Shown: one piece after another, positions 18,191-21,266 of the stretch
Layout: every line of letters begins with the position of its first letter
Numbering within the stretch: the first letter of the stretch is position 1
Origin: an uncultured delta proteobacterium
Lineage (GTDB): Bacteria > Desulfobacterota > Binatia > DP-6
Assembly: GCA_963815115.1 (NCBI GenBank)
Contig: CAWFFN010000006.1
Location: forward strand, 1 to 21,266
Reading direction: 5' to 3'
Length of the DNA: 21,266 bases
The notes under the pieces: model-generated
Databases searched by the model: none
Seen by the model: the letters and a program-made list of their open reading frames with translations, nothing else
What the model was told of the DNA's origin: nothing
Translations under genes and position numbers: made by a program

Positions 18191-18206
18191 GGGGCGAAAG
18201 GGGGGA
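18191..18206 (-). repeat. Degenerate direct repeat of the tRNA-Leu att core
   Basis: Plus strand GGGGCGAAAGGGGGGA versus GGTGCGAAAGGGGGGA at 14497-14512 (15/16 identical, same orientation). Confidence 0.5.
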
Positions 18207-18442
18207 ACCAACCGAACCGAACGTCCGATAAGTAGCGGTCAACAGAGTTGTCGTACCTACAGTCTGCGGCGACGAGCCGGGCTCACCGAAGCGAGCCCCT
18301 GTCCTCAGGTGCCGGTAGTGGTGCCGGTTGAGCAGCGAAACTCGATCAAATCCAGTGAAGCTCATAGAAACCGGGACCGACCCCAACGCGTGGCCGATCC
18401 TGCAATTATCCCCACGGATCATAGTCTTCCGGCCTTCGTCGA

Positions 18443-18859
18443 TCAGCTTCCAAATGGGATCGTCAGTTCCGTCTCGTTCGTGTCCACCACGAACACCGCG
18501 AGGAGCTTGGCCGGTTTCGTCTCGCTGGCATTGGCGCTGACGCCGTGGCGGTCGCCGGGCAGCTCCGAGAAGCTCTGTCCGGCCTCGTAGGTCGTCACCG
18601 GTCCGTCGTTGACCTGACTGCGGATCGCCCCCTCGAGCACGGTCGCATAGATGAAGGCGGATTTGGGATGCGTGTGGCCAGGCGAGTAGCCGCCCGGGCC
18701 GTATTCGACGAGCACGCCCTTGATGCTCTTGCCCGGAACGTTCGGCAGCTCGTGCTGGTAGACGAGGGTCACCTTGGCGTTCTTCGACTTCGGCGCATCG
18801 GCGAGGACGCTGCTGAACGGCAGGGTGGCAACGAGCAGCGAACAGAGGATGCGTTTCAT
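18443..18859 (-). CDS. Secreted cupin-domain protein
   Basis: AAGGAG RBS; signal peptide MKRILCSLLVATLPFSSVLA; cupin motifs HTHP....YATVLEG and F.E.PGDRH. Confidence 0.9.
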   Translation of the reverse strand: MKRILCSLLVATLPFSSVLADAPKSKNAKVTLVYQHELPNVPGKSIKGVLVEYGPGGYSPGHTHPKSAFIYATVLEGAIRSQVNDGPVTTYEAGQSFSELPGDRHGVSANASETKPAKLLAVFVVDTNETELTIPFGS

Positions 18860-19004
18860 GGAGCCCGCTCCTTCGGTTGGCGGATGCAGGATCAGGCTCT
18901 TGCTCTTGCCCGTGAGCGGCGGAGCCATTCGTCGAAACCGATGCGGCCGGGGCGCGCTTCCCCCAACGGCACGCCGGGGATCAGTTTCGGACCGCATCGC
19001 GGCC

Positions 19005-19409
19005 TTAAGCGACTCGCCGGAGCCGTGGGAGCACCACCTGATGCCGCGTCCCATTGCTGTCACGACGAAGGGATCGCCTTGGTTTGACCGTGGCTTCCAA
19101 ATGCGCGCGCCAGTCTCGAAGGCCCCGACGGATATAGATGGGGTCGAACTTGAGCGAGTCGCAGATGGCCATGAAGGTGAAGGGGCCGTCTGCTGCATCG
19201 GAGGCGAACCAGGTCTCGACTTCCGCGAAGAGACGCCGCGCTCGCGCGCCCTCGTTGCCCGCCCATCGGTGAAACGTGAGGACGGCGTCCGCTAGGACCG
19301 CGACCTGGAGACGCTTCTCGGGCTGAACCCGGGCACCCCCGAACGGTCTGTCGAAAAGCTGGGCGGGTAGGATGCTCTCGGGCACGAGCTCGGACTCTAG
19401 AGGTTGCAT
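19005..19409 (-). CDS. Small uncharacterised protein, paralogue of 4831-5304
   Basis: GGAGG RBS; PESILPAQLF...PEKRLQVAVLADA...EVETWF...PFTFMAICDSL..DP.YIR..L. Confidence 0.85.
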   Translation of the reverse strand: MQPLESELVPESILPAQLFDRPFGGARVQPEKRLQVAVLADAVLTFHRWAGNEGARARRLFAEVETWFASDAADGPFTFMAICDSLKFDPIYIRRGLRDWRAHLEATVKPRRSLRRDSNGTRHQVVLPRLRRVA

Positions 19410-19441
19410 CGTCTCGCCTCCGTGGTCGCACCCACTGCCTC

Positions 19442-19458
19442 CGCAACTATCGTGCCGT
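19442..19458 (-). promoter_or_regulatory. Sigma-54 promoter of the 19005-19409 gene
   Basis: Minus strand ACGGCACGATAGTTGCG, GG-N10-GC, 33 nt upstream of the ATG. Confidence 0.7.
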
Positions 19459-19605
19459 ACGAGGTCCCAGCGCTGGTGAAGCGATCTCCAGGGCGAGACG
19501 CCGAGCGGTCGGCATCGTGCCGATCTCGTGGCAGCACGAGCACGCCGACCCGGGGCTCACCAAACATCGCTTGAGCTGGCTCCCTGCAGGGGGTTTACGA
19601 GTTGG

Positions 19606-19890
19606 TCAACTTGCCGCCGTTCCTCGCATCAGCGCGCGGAGTGGCGTGCGGGGCGGAGGAGCCATGAATTCGGGGCCGATCGGATCGGTCACGACCTTGC
19701 GCAACATCTCGTCGATTGTGCGTTTCGTCTCTCCGTCGAGCGACCAGCCAACGACCTCGTCGAGCGGTTCCAGCTGCTCGGGGCTTCGCCCGCCCCACGA
19801 CGCGGCGGAGACGCCCGGCGCGTCGAGGGCCCGTCGCACCGCGAGCGCGAGGACGCTCTTGGCATATCGCTCGCGCGCGAGCCGCTCGTG
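19606..19890 (-). pseudogene. C-terminal relic of an aldo/keto reductase (YhdN/general stress protein 69-like)
   Basis: LARERYAKSVLALAVRRALD.PGVSAASWGGRSPEQL......GWSLD......ID.......DPIGPEFMAPP; the N-terminal part is absent. Confidence 0.8.
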
Positions 19891-20083
19891 AGATCCAGAA
19901 GCATGGCGGCGCCTGAGGTTCTCCGAGCGCCCAGTTCCTCTCGTGCAGCGCGCGGAGGATCGCCTCGCGCGAGAAACGTGTCGTAGTTGATGATCGCCGC
20001 CTGATACGCCCCATACAGGACGCGGAGGCCCGGCGGTGGCTCCTTGACGCTCGAAATCCTCCTCCTTCGTCTCGGCAACTTCA

Positions 20084-21069
20084 CTACCGAGGCGCCTGAA
20101 GTCCTCCCGTCCCGTCCCCCCGTTGAGTCCCGCCGTCGATTTGGAGCACGACTTTGCCTCGCGGGTGGCTCGTGAGTCCGAACTCGTACGCTTCGCGGGC
20201 TCGCGAGAGCGGGAAGACACGGGCCACCTCGGCGCGGAGCCTGCCTTCGTCCACGAGGCGGCTCAACTCGAAGAGCTGCGCGCGGTCGGGCTCCACGATG
20301 AAGAAGACGGCGCCGACACCGTGCTCCCGGGCCAAGTCCGCCGGAGGCGGGGCGGCCACCGTGACGAGCACGCCCCCGCGTCGAAGGCTCCGGAACGAGC
20401 GCACTTGGGTCTCGCCGCCGACCGTGTCCACGACGACGTCCAGGCCGTGCGCGATCTCTTCGAACCGCTGCGTCCGATAGTCAATGACGGTCTGCGCGCC
20501 GAGGCTCCGCACGAAGTCGGCGTCGCGGGTCCCCGCCGTCGCATAGACCTCCGCCCCAAGCGTACGTGCGAGCTGGACGGCGAACGATCCGACGCCGCCC
20601 GCGCCACCGTGGATGAGGACGCGCATGCCGGCCGCGACGCGCGCCTGCTCCACGAGCGCTTGCCAGGCCGTCAGCCCCGAGAGCGGCATCGCGGCCGCCT
20701 TCACGTGTCCCGCAGAGACGGGCTGCCGGGCGAGATCCGGGCGCGCAGCGCGACGTATTCGGCAGCCGCGCCGTCGTGGTCGAACTCGATGAGCCCGTAC
20801 ACTGCGTCCCCGACGGAGACGTGCACGACGCCGTGCCCGACGGCCTCGACCACTCCCGCAACCTCGTGCGACGGGATGGTCGGCACGCGCGGGTGGCCGG
20901 CGCGGTCCACCCAGGTCTCGTCCCATCCGAGCTCGGTCGGCGTGATCCCTGCGGCGTGGATCCGTATCAGCGCCTCGCCAACGCGCGGCTCGGGTCGCGG
21001 CGCCTCCTCGTACGCCAGCTGCTCGGGGCCGCCGCGCGCGTGGGCGCGAACGGCGTACATCGTGTGCAT
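20084..21069 (-). pseudogene. NADP-dependent MDR/quinone oxidoreductase family protein with a -1 frameshift near 20740 (real or sequencing error)
   Basis: N-terminal half (IHAAGITPTELGW, IPSHEVAGVV, GAAAEYV) and C-terminal half (AAAMPLSGLTAWQAL, LIHGGAGGVG, GKVVL) lie in different frames. Span is 986 nt = 3n+2. Confidence 0.88.
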
Positions 21070-21080
21070 TGCGGTTCCGT

Positions 21081-21266
21081 TCACGCGATGCCCCTGACGT
21101 CGACCTGGAAGTCGTGGCCTTCCCAGCGATCTGTCACCGGCCAGAAGAAGGTAAACCGGATCGGAGCTGCTTGGAGGCGCGCGATCGGAACGTCCACATA
21201 CTCGATTCCGAGGGCCGTCGGCGTCAACGGGATGTTCTGCACGGTGGACCACTCGTTGGCGGTCCG
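21081..21266 (-). CDS. C-terminus of a GH15 glucoamylase/glucodextranase-like protein (5'-partial)
   Basis: Not in the ORF track. Minus strand reads RTANEWSTVQNIPLTPTALGIEYVDVPIARLQAAPIRFTFFWPVTDRWEGHDFQVDVRGIA*, with the 'FTFFW....WEG.D' terminal motif. Confidence 0.7.
   Translation of the reverse strand, partial: RTANEWSTVQNIPLTPTALGIEYVDVPIARLQAAPIRFTFFWPVTDRWEGHDFQVDVRGIA

Noticed and set aside
18280-18299. Hairpin GGGCTC-N8-GAGCCC as a terminator
   Set aside because: Short stem with no U-tract on either side.
19900-20084. Protein-like stretch GLRVLYGAYQAAIINYDTFL / EAILRALHERNWALGEP
   Set aside because: Probably another gene relic, but I cannot assign a family, so it is not called.
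1-21266. CRISPR array, rRNA, intact transposase or known anti-phage defence operon
   Set aside because: No regularly spaced repeats, rRNA-like sequence or recognisable motifs of these classes were seen.

Overview
High-GC bacterial window that looks like accessory DNA. The lineage may be Candidatus Binatia or a related deltaproteobacterial group; this is an inference from the protein families. Intact genes are the 3' part of a PlsC-type acyltransferase, three predicted lipoproteins (one an alpha/beta hydrolase), a conserved 384-aa hypothetical protein, an avidin/streptavidin homologue without a signal peptide, a phasin-like coiled-coil protein, phosphoketolase (xfp), DUF1801, methanethiol S-methyltransferase (mddA) with a YbaN gene, a ChrR-type cupin, an SGNH hydrolase coupled to a class III adenylate cyclase, a secreted cupin, and the 3' end of a GH15 glucoamylase. 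RidA and an MDR oxidoreductase each carry a single-base frameshift. About nine short relics of unrelated genes fill the spacers. At 14.1-14.8 kb a decayed tyrosine integrase sits beside tRNA 3'-end fragments (att sites), and the tRNA-Leu core recurs in degenerate form at 18.19 kb. The most striking unexplained pattern is two diverged paralogues of one small uncharacterised protein (4831-5304 and 19005-19409), each behind its own correctly spaced sigma-54 (-24/-12) promoter. Two further well-placed sigma-54 promoters precede the phasin-like gene and mddA, and the mddA one has a helically phased GGCC array upstream.
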